From: Botryllus schlosseri
Lineage: Eukaryota
DNA length: 64,000 nt
Direction of reading: 5' to 3'
Assembly (NCBI GenBank): GCA_051294905.1
Contig: CM119372.1
Coordinates: forward strand, 10,542,001 to 10,606,000
Shown here: piece after piece, positions 39,420-52,500 of the stretch
How the letters are laid out: each line of letters opens with the position of its first letter
Numbering within the stretch: the stretch's first letter is position 1
Made by a program: the position numbers and the translations under genes
The notes under the pieces: model-generated
The model's database searches: none
Told to the model about the DNA's origin: nothing
Seen by the model: the letters and a program-made list of their open reading frames with translations, nothing else

Positions 39420-40450
39420 AATACTCATTGAGAGACGCTTCGCCGAGACCCTCCTCCCACTTGATTTTCGAGATATCGGCCTCGACCGTCGCAATTTTGG
39501 GAAACATCGAGGTTGGAGGGCCAAAAAATGCATGGATGCATGGACTCTCCAAACTCCTCATCGAGCGAGATAGTGTAATGGATATGCATCCGGCTTCTCG
39601 ATCGGTAGGTCGTGGGTTCGATCCCCGGCCGGGTCATAGGCTACCAAAGACTCGAAAATTGGTATCCGCAGCTATCCTGCTAAGGCGGTCAGCATCACAG
39701 AACGCATGGAGGAGAAAAAAACGGGGGCGCAGACTAGATGACCTCACGGCCGTATCGCAACTCCGTCGTCAAAGCATCTCGATGGTGCAGGCGAAAAAGA
39801 ATATCTCTCTCCTCAATCTTCCAAGCCTTTGCTCCAGACAAGCGCTTGTCAGTAATGCGCTTGAAACCTCCACGATGTTGCGTGACTCATTGAACTTGAC
39901 AGCCCAACACCCTCTGACCAGAAAACCTCCCTTGTGGCGGGCGTCGTTGTCCCAGTCCTCACCTGGACACAGAGCCCGAAGGCGTTCGGCCAGGCGCTTG
40001 AGCCCCTGCTGCTCCATGATCACAATGCCAAGACCCCGAAGCTTCGCGACGGTGGTGCTCAGCTTTGTGAGACTGTGACCATGCGATCGGAACGATCCGA
40101 TCCACCACTGCAGCAAAGGTGCACGCGACGGACTTTTCTCATCCATAATATCAAGGAGTTTGGCCAAGAGGCCACCTTCTTCATTGGCAACCAGCGGGCG
40201 TCAACAAACTTGGGGCGCGCACTTTCTATCTCCTTGATCAAGCTGCGTTGATGTCTGAAGCATCCAATCAGTCCCGTCATCGTGTGAACGAAGTGATTGT
40301 GACAGAGGTGGCGGTATTTGATTTCGTCGTTCCCATTGCCTCACCCAACCTGCCTTCCCGCCTTCTCTGCGTGTTGCACTGTGAAACTTACAGGAGTACA
40401 AAGACGGAGGAGGTCAGCAGAAACGTGGAGTGGAATGAGGGGACGTAGTT
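39420..40450 (-). pseudogene. GC-rich hAT-like transposase relic, interrupted by a SINE
   Basis: Minus-strand fragments: MTGLIGCFRHQRSLIKEIESARPKFVDARWLPMKKVASW, DEKSPSRAPLLQWWI...LRGL...EQ, and SMFPKIATVEADISKIKWE...LNEYSLE. These carry the hAT RW motif and a dimerisation-domain-like P.ATVE motif. Confidence 0.7.
39563..39721 (+). mobile_element. tRNA-derived SINE (truncated or related subfamily)
   Basis: TAGTGTAATGG A-box and GGTTCGATCC B-box, then ACCAAAGAC...AAAATTGGTATC core. The head is very similar to those at 62433 and 16642. Confidence 0.8.
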
Positions 40451-40786
40451 TTAGCGTTTCGGTGACGTCCTTCACACACATGCTTTTTTGTTGTTGTTGT
40501 GTTTTTATGAGTTTCCGGGTTCTTTACATCGCTCTGACTTGTTTATTTCACTAAAAACTCGAAAAACATCATCCAAAGAAATCTTGTTTTTCGATGTTTT
40601 CATATCTCATTTTTGGAGAATCTACAAATATGAAACCCAATATCCAAAAATAAACAGGCCTGTCCACCAGTCTCGCTGCAAGCACCATCTGGTGTAACTT
40701 CTCCATTAGCATTTTCCTCGAGATGGAAGCATAGAGTCGACAAACGCGAATCCCTGTCATGGACGTATCATCCTTTCAATGCCAAT

Positions 40787-41283
40787 CAGTGATGAGCATC
40801 GGAGCGGAGTCGGAGTGGATTAGGAGCAGAGTTTTGCCGATTTTGTGACAGTCGGAGCGGAGTCGGAGTCTACTACAGATATTTTTTCGGAGAATGTCGG
40901 AGTATTGTAACTTTTGTCTCCGATATCTTTGGATAGCTCTGACCAGAATACACTATTGATTATGATTACAAACCAAAACGCAGACAGTTGACACCTTGTA
41001 AAGTTGTAATATGACGGGTAACATGCAAAAATGATTGCCAAGTGCATAAAAATTAGCCATCTGCACTGCAATTGGGGGCTGGAGAGTAAACAATACTATG
41101 AGTCAACCACATTATCACATGTACCATGTACCATGCTTGCCACTGTTTCGGATACTTGACGAGATTCATCGGAGTATCTCGGAGTCTGGGATTGAGCTCT
41201 TCGGAGTCGGAGGGAGTTTTCCTCAGACCCTAAAGTTGTCGGAGGGATTCGGAGTCTCGAAAAGCACTATCCGCTCATCACTG
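40787..41283. mobile_element. hAT-like MITE (CAGTGATGAGC TIRs, TCGGAG repeats)
   Basis: CAGTGATGAGC...GCTCATCACTG flanked by TGCCAAT on both sides. Confidence 0.82.
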
Positions 41284-43325
41284 TGCCAATGCGAAGAGCC
41301 TTGGGCAGTCGGGTTTATCGTTTTCGTATTTCATATAACAGTTGCTGATTGGAGGTCTGGGCAAAATGGGGTGACTGATTCATTTCATAGCCGAGTATTA
41401 AGCTGCAAGTCGAGTCGAGTATTCAAGTGCCGCTCTCTGTGGGGTCATCATTAATCAACTGAACTGAACTGATGCGCACTTGCGCAGTGATTGATAGCGA
41501 TTAGCCAAGTTCAAGCATGTATCGTATCTCGCATACGACCACAAAGAAAACAATGCCAGTTGATAGTTAGCAAAATCTATATATTCTCATTTGTTAACCA
41601 AACAATGTGATAATACTCTAGGTTGATCACCACTCGAAAATATTGTGTCTCATTTCAGATTGAACATGCATATAGCTTCATGTTACATGTTTTAGATGCT
41701 ATGCTATCATCAGCCCATCAGGTCATTCGTTGTTTTACTTTGAAGGCAAGTTGACAGCTGAACAGTTGCGGGTATAAGTTGATGTTATAAATTGAAAGCC
41801 TTCAGTGCAAAATCTTTGAATCTAGTCACATTTTCTATTGATTATGCTACCCATTCTGAGCAACGAGTTGAGAGGACAATCCTTCTAGTGAAGCGTCTAG
41901 AACTCAAGTAGGAGGTGTCTTCGGTCCGATAAGCAAGTTTCTGGTATCAGCGACACTAAAATCAACCGCCCTGCATACCCTTGTATCTTGATTTACCACT
42001 TGTTTATCATATTCAAAATTTGCCACCCACAATCACAATGTAGGACGCAACTACCTACAAGAAGTACCAAAAATCTCGATCAGCAAAGAAACAGCTTCAT
42101 TTCCATTAATCTCTACATGGTTGATCCCTGGTGGTTATGTAGTCATTGCCGCACTGACTGAAACAGTAGAACACGACTGAATCTCCATCGTATTGTCTCT
42201 ATCTAATACTAATTAATTCATTTATCAGTAATTTTATCACGAGATTATGATGTTATCAAAACATCGACTAAAAATAACTTGGACTAGGTCTGTCAATCAA
42301 CTACATTATCCTACAGCTATGGTCAAGTTCATATTCCTAGTTATATCCTTTTGGGTTTACGTATTGTTACCATACCTGTTGTAGCAGGCTATGCTTATGT
42401 AAGTATACCAGTATAGCTATATGCTTCTTGTTTCGTTGTGGTCCACTAAAAGTCGATCGTTCTTTCGTTTATATGTCTTTAAACTTACGATGGCTCATGT
42501 GAAGAACGATGTTTTCCAAAATAGAATTCTGATTGTCTATTAAAATCGTGATTTCACGTTTGGCCTTTCCTCGCATTAAATTCAGACGTTGTAACATAAT
42601 TGAGATGAGGCCTAGTGAAAGACTGTTAAGGAGTTATTTGTGATCCTTTTGTTAATTTTTTGAATAGTGCTTCTTTGAGAAACTTTTATTGAATAGGTTT
42701 TGTAACATTTGAGCGACTTAACCGTAAATTATGGTAAAAAGCAGCAGACGACAAATGCCGACGTCTTCGTTTATACGTATTTGATTAGCATAATTTAAAT
42801 ATATTACTGTTTCAGTGTTTCACGATGTTTCTTGATGTTAATATTTTTACTGCTCCTTCTGTATCCACAAGTGACACTGGAAATCAGTGAATGTTATATA
42901 ACTTGGTGTCACCGTTTTAATTTCATGGTATTCGACTGTATGGCAGGTTGCATCAGCCCTATCCGTTCTTTCTCTGAATGCATGTATGCTGACTTGTCAA
43001 TATTTGGCCACTTTCACGTCAAGCGTGTAAGAATCTGCCTGCAGAGATTGAGTCCCGTTTAGGAGTCACGATAACTCTCCAATACTTGGAGATGGATTGT
43101 AGCGTCAACTTTATTCGCACTTAAACATTGGTGTTACAGAGATGAACGTCTCTGCGACTCACCGGACTTGCTTTTCATAATCTCGTGTCTGTATCATACA
43201 TACAGGTATAGTACATACAATTGATGGTTATTTGTAACAAGTAAGAAATATGTTGTAATTTGCTGTTCCGTCAATTGTACTCTTCCGTGCGTGAATATCA
43301 GTGTTAGAATCAACTAGACAGGAAC

Positions 43326-43508
43326 ATGGATAAACAAAAGCATACCTTCATAAAGCAGTGGGAGGAGAAGTTTCCAGGAACTCCCGCCCCGGATTTAAAA
43401 TTTGACGATGCCGAAACGCTAGAACAAGAACTTAAAAAGACTAAAGAGAGCGTGAAAAAACTGGAAGAGCAACTGAACCAGGCCAAATTTCAGATGATAT
43501 TTCTGCAG
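43326..43508 (+). CDS. BCR: BCR coding exon 1 (oligomerisation coiled coil)
   Basis: [17 protein letters not shown]...LEQEL...[10 protein letters not shown]; donor CAG|GTATAG, phase 0. Confidence 0.92.
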
Positions 43509-46500
43509 GTATAGTAACAACATTACTAAATCTAATCTAGTTGGCAGGGTTTTGTGGCTATTATGCTATTATACTTGTAAGTTGCTATAAAATTTAATTT
43601 CTTTTGTGGATATTTTGCTGGTTAAAAGCTACATTTACCTCTTTTCGTTTATGTTGGAATGCTAATGAATACGGACATTGTTATTGTTATGTCCCTTTTG
43701 AGCTAGCTATTTTGCATAACTCTCACCTTGTCAATATATAAGAAGAATTTTGCACATATGTGCAATGAGTATAATGGATAGTGGTGATAGTGATAAATAT
43801 TTCAATGAGGTAAGGCTCAATGCTTCAATGCTGTCGTCTTCGTTAATGTGTATTAAGCAAGGTGTACTTGTCTATTGGCAGAATATTCGAGTTTCTCCAC
43901 TTGAGCTTTTTGTGAAAGCCTTCCATTAGGGGGCATGCTCGGTGTCTGCATGGTGCAGCTAATGACTAAAGATTGTCAAAATTGTTTACGAAGTCAAAAT
44001 TTTTACGCAAACTTCATTTCATTGGTGTCGGAGAGGTTGCACAGTCGGAGAGCTTTTCATTTGACATTTAACGCCGTGTAGCCTACTTTACTGTTGTAGA
44101 TGGCCTATTGTCTAGTCATTGTGAATCATAAACCATCGAACAATACAAATAAGTTGACGTGGCGTGATGATCAACACACCTAAAAACGAGAGTAAAGTTT
44201 TTAGCGGGTGCGAAGTTTTTCCAATTTCACGCCAATATCTCGCTGAATGTAAAACTTGACTGGACATAGACCTCAGGCTAAGATACCCTGATGAAGGCTG
44301 GTATAGTGAATCTAAAGAAATATATCCTTGTACAGGGAATGATGATGAATTGTACACGGTAGTAATAAAACATTTTGTTTTGTTCTGCTCGAATCATTGC
44401 TCGCTGCATGATAGCAATCTCTCCTTATTTGCTGACAAATATCTGCAGACTTCTCTCGCTGTGTCTAAGAAGAGCTACGAACGGAAACGGTGGGGATACG
44501 GCTCTTCGATAGATTCCGAATCAGACCCGTCTAGCCCGCACGCACCCCTGGACAAGAGCGATGTATCTGAATCGCCGTTTGATAACGAACACTCAAACGA
44601 TTCCCAGACCGCCGCAGACCCTGTGGTATTCCGACCAAAGGCCGTAACGGCCGCGGCGCAGGAAAACAACGCCAATCGCACATCTAAGGTTTTGGAGAAT
44701 GTGAAAATGTTTGAAAACAAATCGGAAGAAAGCTCCCAAGAATCGGGCGTGGCGAATCGCGGCATCGCCAACCGGGCTAGCAGTCGTAAAAGAGCACCGT
44801 ATTTGGAAGTATGGGAGTGTAAAACCGGCATGGAGGAATTGAAGTTCCGAGACGCGGCGGAAGGTAAGCATCACTCGACCTCGGCCATCAATGCTGGGAC
44901 CACGGACTCGTTTACGGCTGCCGCCGTTTCCATGATGGACACTTCTGTGGGAGGTGGCGGATATTTGCGAAAGCCTTTGATCAAGTCCCAGTCGCTGCAG
45001 GATAACTCGGCTCGCCGAGAGTCAGCACCGCCACGGGATAACTACGTGGAAGTATGGAATTGTAGCACTGGCAGCGGGGAACAGATGGAGCCGGTTAGTG
45101 TGCTGGCAGTGACTAATTTCTGTTGTTTGATTTGTGGGAATGTGCGTTGTTGATTTTCGATTTGCTTTGCCTTGTGAAATAATAATAACGAATAACCGAT
45201 GTAGTTTTGGGTGAACCCTAATTTCTTATCCACATCGACAAATGCTCCTTACGGCATACACCAACCAATTTTCCCCATGAACACGTCAAGATAGTGTTTC
45301 ATGTGGTGTTCTCCACGAAACTCGATGTATGAACGTCGAAGATCCACGTGCTTATAATTGGTCAAGATTTCGGGGTTAGGGGATGGTAGGAGCACTCGTG
45401 ACCCTCATCCCCACCCATAAACCTAACCCTATCTATTCTAGCATAGGTTGTCTGGCTGAGACAGTAGCCTACACTTGTGAGTTGTGATCTTCTCTGATAT
45501 CACCGGCCGTCAGCTATTAAGTTTTGTGGAGAGCACCCCAGACGGTATCCTACCTATTGTATTGTGGATATGTCTGGGCAAGAAAGTGCACTTGTCGGTT
45601 GTGAACTTCACTTGTTCACGGATATCATCGTCCACCAATTTTAAAGTTGTGTGGAGAACGCAGTTGATAATCATGTAAAACTCCATGACTTTTGACATAC
45701 CTGTATTCATAGGGAGTACTTATCGGTGATTGTCATGAGAAACATTTCTCGGTGTGGATAAGAAAGTGTGCGCTGGACCCGTAGTTTTAAATGAGATATG
45801 ACATATTGACAATATGAATTCTAGCCTGACTACTCGTTGGAAGACATAGATGCCAAGGACGGCTATGGGAAAGAGCATTACACGCTTGCCGGCTCTGAAG
45901 TGAAATTGCGGGAATCCAGGGAATTGATCAATGATCCAGTCAGCAACAGATTGACTTGGCCCGCTACCAAGGCCAACACGCCACACGAATTTCAGGTTAG
46001 ATACTTATCTAGTTCTTCGATCAATATCCCTTATTCTCGTTGCTTGGAAATAGCAGGCATAGACATTTTCTCCTATTTTGTTGTATATCTGCCTTAATAC
46101 CTTGCTTAACAGACCATGTCAAAAAGATGATGATTTGCATCCAAAATCGAGCTTTGCTGGAGTTGCTAGTTTCTATATGTAAACGGTACACAGTGTTTCA
46201 AAGCGTATTCTGTTGTAACTATCAATCTGTACGACACTATAGAGACCTATGCATACGATCAACAATAATAGGGTTGACTGTGAGATAGACTAGCCTTGTA
46301 CCGGTATTCAATTTTTTATTAGGTTTCAGTGTGGAGATGTTCTAGTCAAAATTTAATGGGTAGTTGTTCTATGTTTGTCCAATGTACATGTAACATATTA
46401 CGGCCAAGCTATCTGTGCCTACGTGTAATAGTGAAAGCAGCCGTATTTATACCAGGTCATGATGGTTGTGGTTTGGTTGTTAAGTGTCAGTCACGAGACG

Positions 46501-49500
46501 TTCAAGATGTGATTTTGCTTGGAATATTAGCTGTTCTGGTCAATTTTTGGTTGATAGCGTGGTGACGTATTGAGTGAGCCGTTCTATTTTTGTTGTATAG
46601 TTGACGCATGCTTACCGAAGTGCGTAAAGTTTGCTTATGGCACAGTATGACGTAATTGATCCTAATTAGAGTCTTGTTTTGTATTAAAGTCTTGTGTTGT
46701 GCCATTATTGTTTGTACTATGTCTTATGAACCATGTCCTATTTGAACTATGTTGCTGTAATTTCCACATGAGTGTGATTCCGTACGAAATCATAGAAGTG
46801 TAACATGCCAGACAGTGTCGTTAACTACAAGCACGATCCAGTAGTTCCCAACATTGCTTGGTAGGCGTAGTGGTAGAACTTGAGATTGTTGTTTTGCTGA
46901 ATCTTAGAATGTGACTGATAACACAGGCCAAGCCATGAGAAGTGAGAACGCAGTCACAGTTTGTTATCTGAATGATATCAGGTCATCGCACGAAGACGTG
47001 GTCCTACTCGTGTCATGCATTTTGTTATTTTATACACTTGTGCTGCCATTATTTCCGATTTATTAGGCTTGGCTCAACTTGAATCGCGTTAGGATTGCTG
47101 TAAGCTTAGGTGGAGATATGTTTCGAGTGTAAATTGATTGGGAGCAATTTGTATTTTATATGTTAGGTTTTGTCAGCATTTGTAAAGTTATCTCAGGATC
47201 CTGGACGTGATGTTTTTGTGACAGCAAGGTGCATGCATGATATCATTCGCTCGACTATTTGTCATTGTGTAATGTATACCGGATAGTCACTCGGGTGTTA
47301 CTTGAGGAACTTGTTTTTCTCTGTTTTTTCGATAGATTTGTACTTAGCATGTTGTCAAGTCCGACCGGCAAGATGTTTTCGGAAGACAGCTGTTTGCAAG
47401 CTTTGGTGCTGGTGCCGACCATCGCTGTGCCTGTGACTAACGTTAGTTTGTGCGAATCATAGTTTTTGACAGGAAATGTCAAACATCCACAGTGTGTGAC
47501 TGGCGTCAGTCAGTCAGCTTATTTGCCCGGTGTTCCTCTGCTGTCTGTGGTTGCGCGCGCATTAAATCATTCGCGTGTTCCGACAATTTCGCGTTTTTCA
47601 GAACGAAAATTTGGGCATGGGAGAAAGCATTCCCGCGTTGTCACAAATGACCGTTCTCACCGAGGAAAGCTGCGATCTCAGTGACATAGATGACTCGTCT
47701 GGCAGTCAGCCATCTTCTGGATCGCCTGAATTTGACAGGCGCTCCATGGTGAGTGTGTTTTGAGGTTTGGAAAAATTGACAACAATAAAAAATTACATGA
47801 TTTCGGCAAGGAATTACTATTCAAGCTGGTTGTTCTGCTGCAAGCGTGGTTTACAATGAGTTTAATTACGAAATCACTCTACCCACAACATATTTGTCTG
47901 TTTATAACCTTATCATCGGTCAGTTCTTATGCTGGAGTATTTCGTCACTGTGGAAACGGAAAAGCTTATTATGTCCATTTTAAACATTTGAGAGAATTAA
48001 GTTTCTAGTAAGTTTTCAATTACTCTCGTCTCTACCATATCTTGGCTATGGTTAACTTAAAAACAATGTGACAAACGTAAGCATGACCTAGCTATGGCTG
48101 GAAAAAAATTGAAATTTTACAAAAGCATGGTTTTATCAAAATTTGAAAAATGGATCTCAAAATGGACATGGGAAATGGGAAAAATAGACAAGCCTCTTTG
48201 ATTCCGCAGCGATGATTTCTTATCAATGGTCGATTGGTTGATACAATTTGTAGTGTCTAAATATCTGTGTGTTGCAGCCACTTTTTCTTGAATAGAATCT
48301 TACAGGATTGATTGATTTTGGCATCCGAGTTGATGGTCTTGTTTTCAGAGTCAGGACGATATTGTGATCAAGTCAAGAACATTTCCCGAACGAGCTACAG
48401 GCTCTCCATTTCACAGACTTAGCCAAGCTAGGACCACTGATGAAAGGATTGATGCACTTGAAGGAGGAAGGGAAAGGTAATTACAATTGCTCTATCAAAA
48501 TAAGAATGTTGATGCAAAGAATTTTTCAACGGCCGGGCTGGTGCTAATTTTAAGTACGTTGTACTTTATTCAGTTGTACGTAGGGACGGAGACAATTAGA
48601 GTCTCAAAGTGATTCGATGCTGAATCGAGTATCCGGCTTAGAGTTCAGTGCTCGAGCACGATACAGTATGCCATATCAGCAGGGCAGGATGCACTACTTG
48701 GAATGTTCAAATATATGTATTTTTATGCAATTATAAAGAAAACAGTGCTAGTTCACGTCGAAAAAAAAATCGAAGTTTCTCATCCATTTCTATGTGATAG
48801 TGATATTGCACGGAAACGTCTCTGCAAATGATGATGCCCGTATCTTTGTGCTGCACGGAGCTTGTAATTTAGGCTACGCACTCGAAAATTCTATCTTTCG
48901 CTACTGAACTCGAGTATTTGCAATTAATACCTGGTTTGAGCGACCAGCCTTAGTCGTGGACATTACTCATTTTGACTTCCGGGCAGCATTATAGTTTTTG
49001 TCCCATATTGCTGTAGAGTTTTAGGATGTTGTGTGACTTATGCCAGGCGTCACCACCTTATTGCTTTGTGCAGCTATTATTCCGAATATTATGACGAATA
49101 CGGTGACTGGGTCGGCAGCACTCCCGACCATAACTCGGACCGTGACTTTACTGATGACGGTAAGATTTTCAGTTATGTTTCCGCGACGTGTGTAAATTTT
49201 TGAACTCTAACCTCCTACAGACGATGATACCGACAAGATTTCACTTGAGGAATCCAATTTGAGTCGGACTCCGTCGCACTTACGACGGTCAGTTATTTCC
49301 TCTTTAATCTTTCAAACCATTTTCGCCGTGTGGCACACCGTTACTGATGTTATTCTAGACTGGACGACACTACGAGTCTGGACAGTCTCAATAAAGAGGA
49401 CGACCGTATAGATTCTGGATTAGGGGAATATCGGGCGCACCGGGATGCTGAAATAAGTCCGTCTCGCAGCAGTGTGTCAACCGTATGTTGTGAAACGGAT

Positions 49501-52500
49501 TTGAGTGCTATCGATATTTTAGTTTGTAGCTGTTTTGCACTATATTCAGATTGAAAACGTGACCGGCATGGTGGATTATCAAAAAGTGCGGAGCATCGCC
49601 GAAGCGGAAAAGCTAAGGATGAGAAAATGGGTGATATCGTCGCTCTTAGACAGCGAAGAAGCATACTTGGAGTATTTAAACACACTTTTATTGGTACGCT
49701 TTAGTTTTTCCTCGGCTGTCGGTTTGCGTTAGGAACACTTTTTCGTTTCAGTATATGAAACCCTTGAAAGCGACGATCTCCACGTCCATGCCGGTCATGT
49801 CGAATCAAGACTTTGAGACTTTGTTTTATCGCGTCGAGGAGCTTCATTCGCTGCACGCCGAATTTTACGAAGGACTGATGCCCCGATTGCAAAATTGGAG
49901 CGCCGACACTCAAATCGGAGACCTGTTTCAAAATCTGGTAGGTTCTCTGCCGGTGCTGGGATTTGGTAGATACGGTGTATGCTTACAAGAGGAAGCTGTT
50001 CTTTGTGTGCTTCCGTCATGTGTTTAGTAGTAGTCAAATTAGGCCTGATAGAAATATTGAACAAAATAATCATTACATATTTGGTCCATTACTATTTCGT
50101 TATTGTATTGATGTTTTTGCTACTTATCAATTTTGCATTACGCTATCATCATGAGTTAACTATCACCTCAACAAATCATTGACCAATCTCAAATTTATGC
50201 ACCGGCTGACCCAATAAATGAGTTTGTAATTGGCATAAAATTAAGTGTGCTCTGCTCATGTTATGGTAGGCTGTAATATTGGTGTATATTACCGTATTTA
50301 ATTACTTATATTACAAAAGATGTGATTATATTCTGCATATGCATTTTCTTTATATATAGGCCTACCTGCATTGCAATTCATACTCTCGTGCCGAGTAAAA
50401 ATTCATATACCAGTTTTTTAAGTTTATTTTACAGACTTGATGTAGAATTTATCTTTTTTCCTTTGCTTATTATATATCAAACAGTGGCCCCGAGTGCCCA
50501 CCAAGCATGAAAGATATTAGTTGTCAAATATTTCTAGTGACAATGAAAAATTATTGTCTCGATAATTCAATAATTTTGTTTCAATCAATCGGCGTAACTG
50601 CAACGTACATGAATTCTGGGCAGTGAAACTCAGAATATTTTTTGTCTAATTTAAGAGACTTTTTCGTATGGAAACACTCATCCATGTCTTGATGAATAAA
50701 AAATCTTTCTCATTCTTTGCTGTCACGTGAATGACTACTTGGCCTGTGAATGATTCAACCTAATTTCCATGGTGTTACAGTGATTCCAGATGTGATACCA
50801 AGCGTTCTTGTCAAGTGAAATCCAAGCTAGCTAGCTTTTTCCTAATTTGGCTTTGCTGCATAATTATGTTTCAGTCATATGTCATCATGAAGACTTCAGC
50901 TGGCCACGTGGACCTGGTGTGGTGATAATGCATAAGAAACGTTGCTGTATATTTCAATCATAAGTAGATATACCATGAAAGTGACAGACAAGGAAACCTT
51001 ATTTTGGAATTTCCAAGTCTTTTGAAAGAGCGATTTGTCAAGTTGTTAGTCATGGCCAAATTTTGAAAGTATGGAGAAACTGCTTTTAAAAATAGAACTT
51101 CTATAGTTCCTTCAGTTGCGGAAAATGCACTCTGCATTCAGCCTCGGCGTTTCTCAATACGCCACCACTGATACGATAGTAATATCTGACAAGTTATAAT
51201 TACGTTGTTATTACCTTTTAACGACATACTCACAGTACTATTGTTGCACTTTTCTTTGAGAATGCGCAAATTGCGCATGTACAAACCTTAATTTGTATCT
51301 TCACAGCTCAGTAAGCTGCGTTATTACGAGGATTATGTAAATAACTACAAGAAAGCACAACACACTGCCGAAAAATGCGCAAAAGATAATCAACGGTTTG
51401 CAACCATTATTGAGGTGCCAGTGAGAGACTGTTGTTCTATGGGTGTGTTCTAACGCTATGCATTTCGTTCAGAGTTTGAAGGTGAAATCTAAAAAGAAGG
51501 AAGACTCGGAGTCTATTAGTTTAATTGGTGAGGCTTCTTAAATTGATGTTTGTCTCCCCGATTGGATATTTTACGGAAAATCATAGCGCCGTTGTTGACA
51601 GACACTTTGGTTTCTTTGTGGCAAACATTGAAAAGTTGTGTGACTTCTTTACAAATGTACGGTCCGACTAATTGTACTATAAAATCATCTACAAATTCAC
51701 CTGAAAATCTGTTTATATTTCTGATCATCGGGGAGCTTTGTGAAGCGTAATGTGAGGTATTCGTCCTCAAACGATGCCAATTTATAGGTAATTATGTATC
51801 GTTTAATTGTGATGTAAATAATTGTTACCATCATTTGCGGTAGGCTAATACTTTCCATTGTTATAATTGACATTTGCATTTTGAACGAGTTTTAATGGAC
51901 GCGAAACTTCAATATCAGAACAAATAATCTATCTACAATGCCAAATCTATCCACTCGAAGCTGTTCAGCTGACTGAGAGTGAATGTCAGTAGACTAACCA
52001 ACATATTCAAAATATGGAGAGAACAAAATTCACAGAATATTTACCCGTATTTTGAAGTTACTTTATCAGGTTCACCAACCTTCATTCCTGACGATTCGGT
52101 CAAAAAGATTGGATTAAATAAATTTGCCAATAGGATTATAGTTTTCAATGTGGTCATCCAAGTTAAGTTACTTTGTGTTTACAATCGCATCCTTATCACA
52201 GATATTCTGTATAAGCCTGCGGAAAGAGTAATGAGGAACACTTTGGTGTTGCAAGATATACTGAAGCATACTCCCCACAGACATCCCGATTATCACACTC
52301 TCAGACAGGTAAGTGTAATTTCGACTTTATAAAAGACTAAACCAAACACTTTGGGAGCATCCAACAACAAGGCATAGTTCGGCATAGTTGCGGTTCTCTT
52401 ATTTGAGAATTTTAATCTCACTTTGAATGTACTTTCTCCTTGGTGCCTACACTTGGTTACATAGTACTGCACTAATGGCTGCCACCTGTAAATCCCTTGA

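Noticed and set aside
39290..40078. 262-aa plus-strand ORF
   Set aside because: It runs across a MITE, a SINE and the antisense of a GC-rich transposase relic, so it is a chance open frame.
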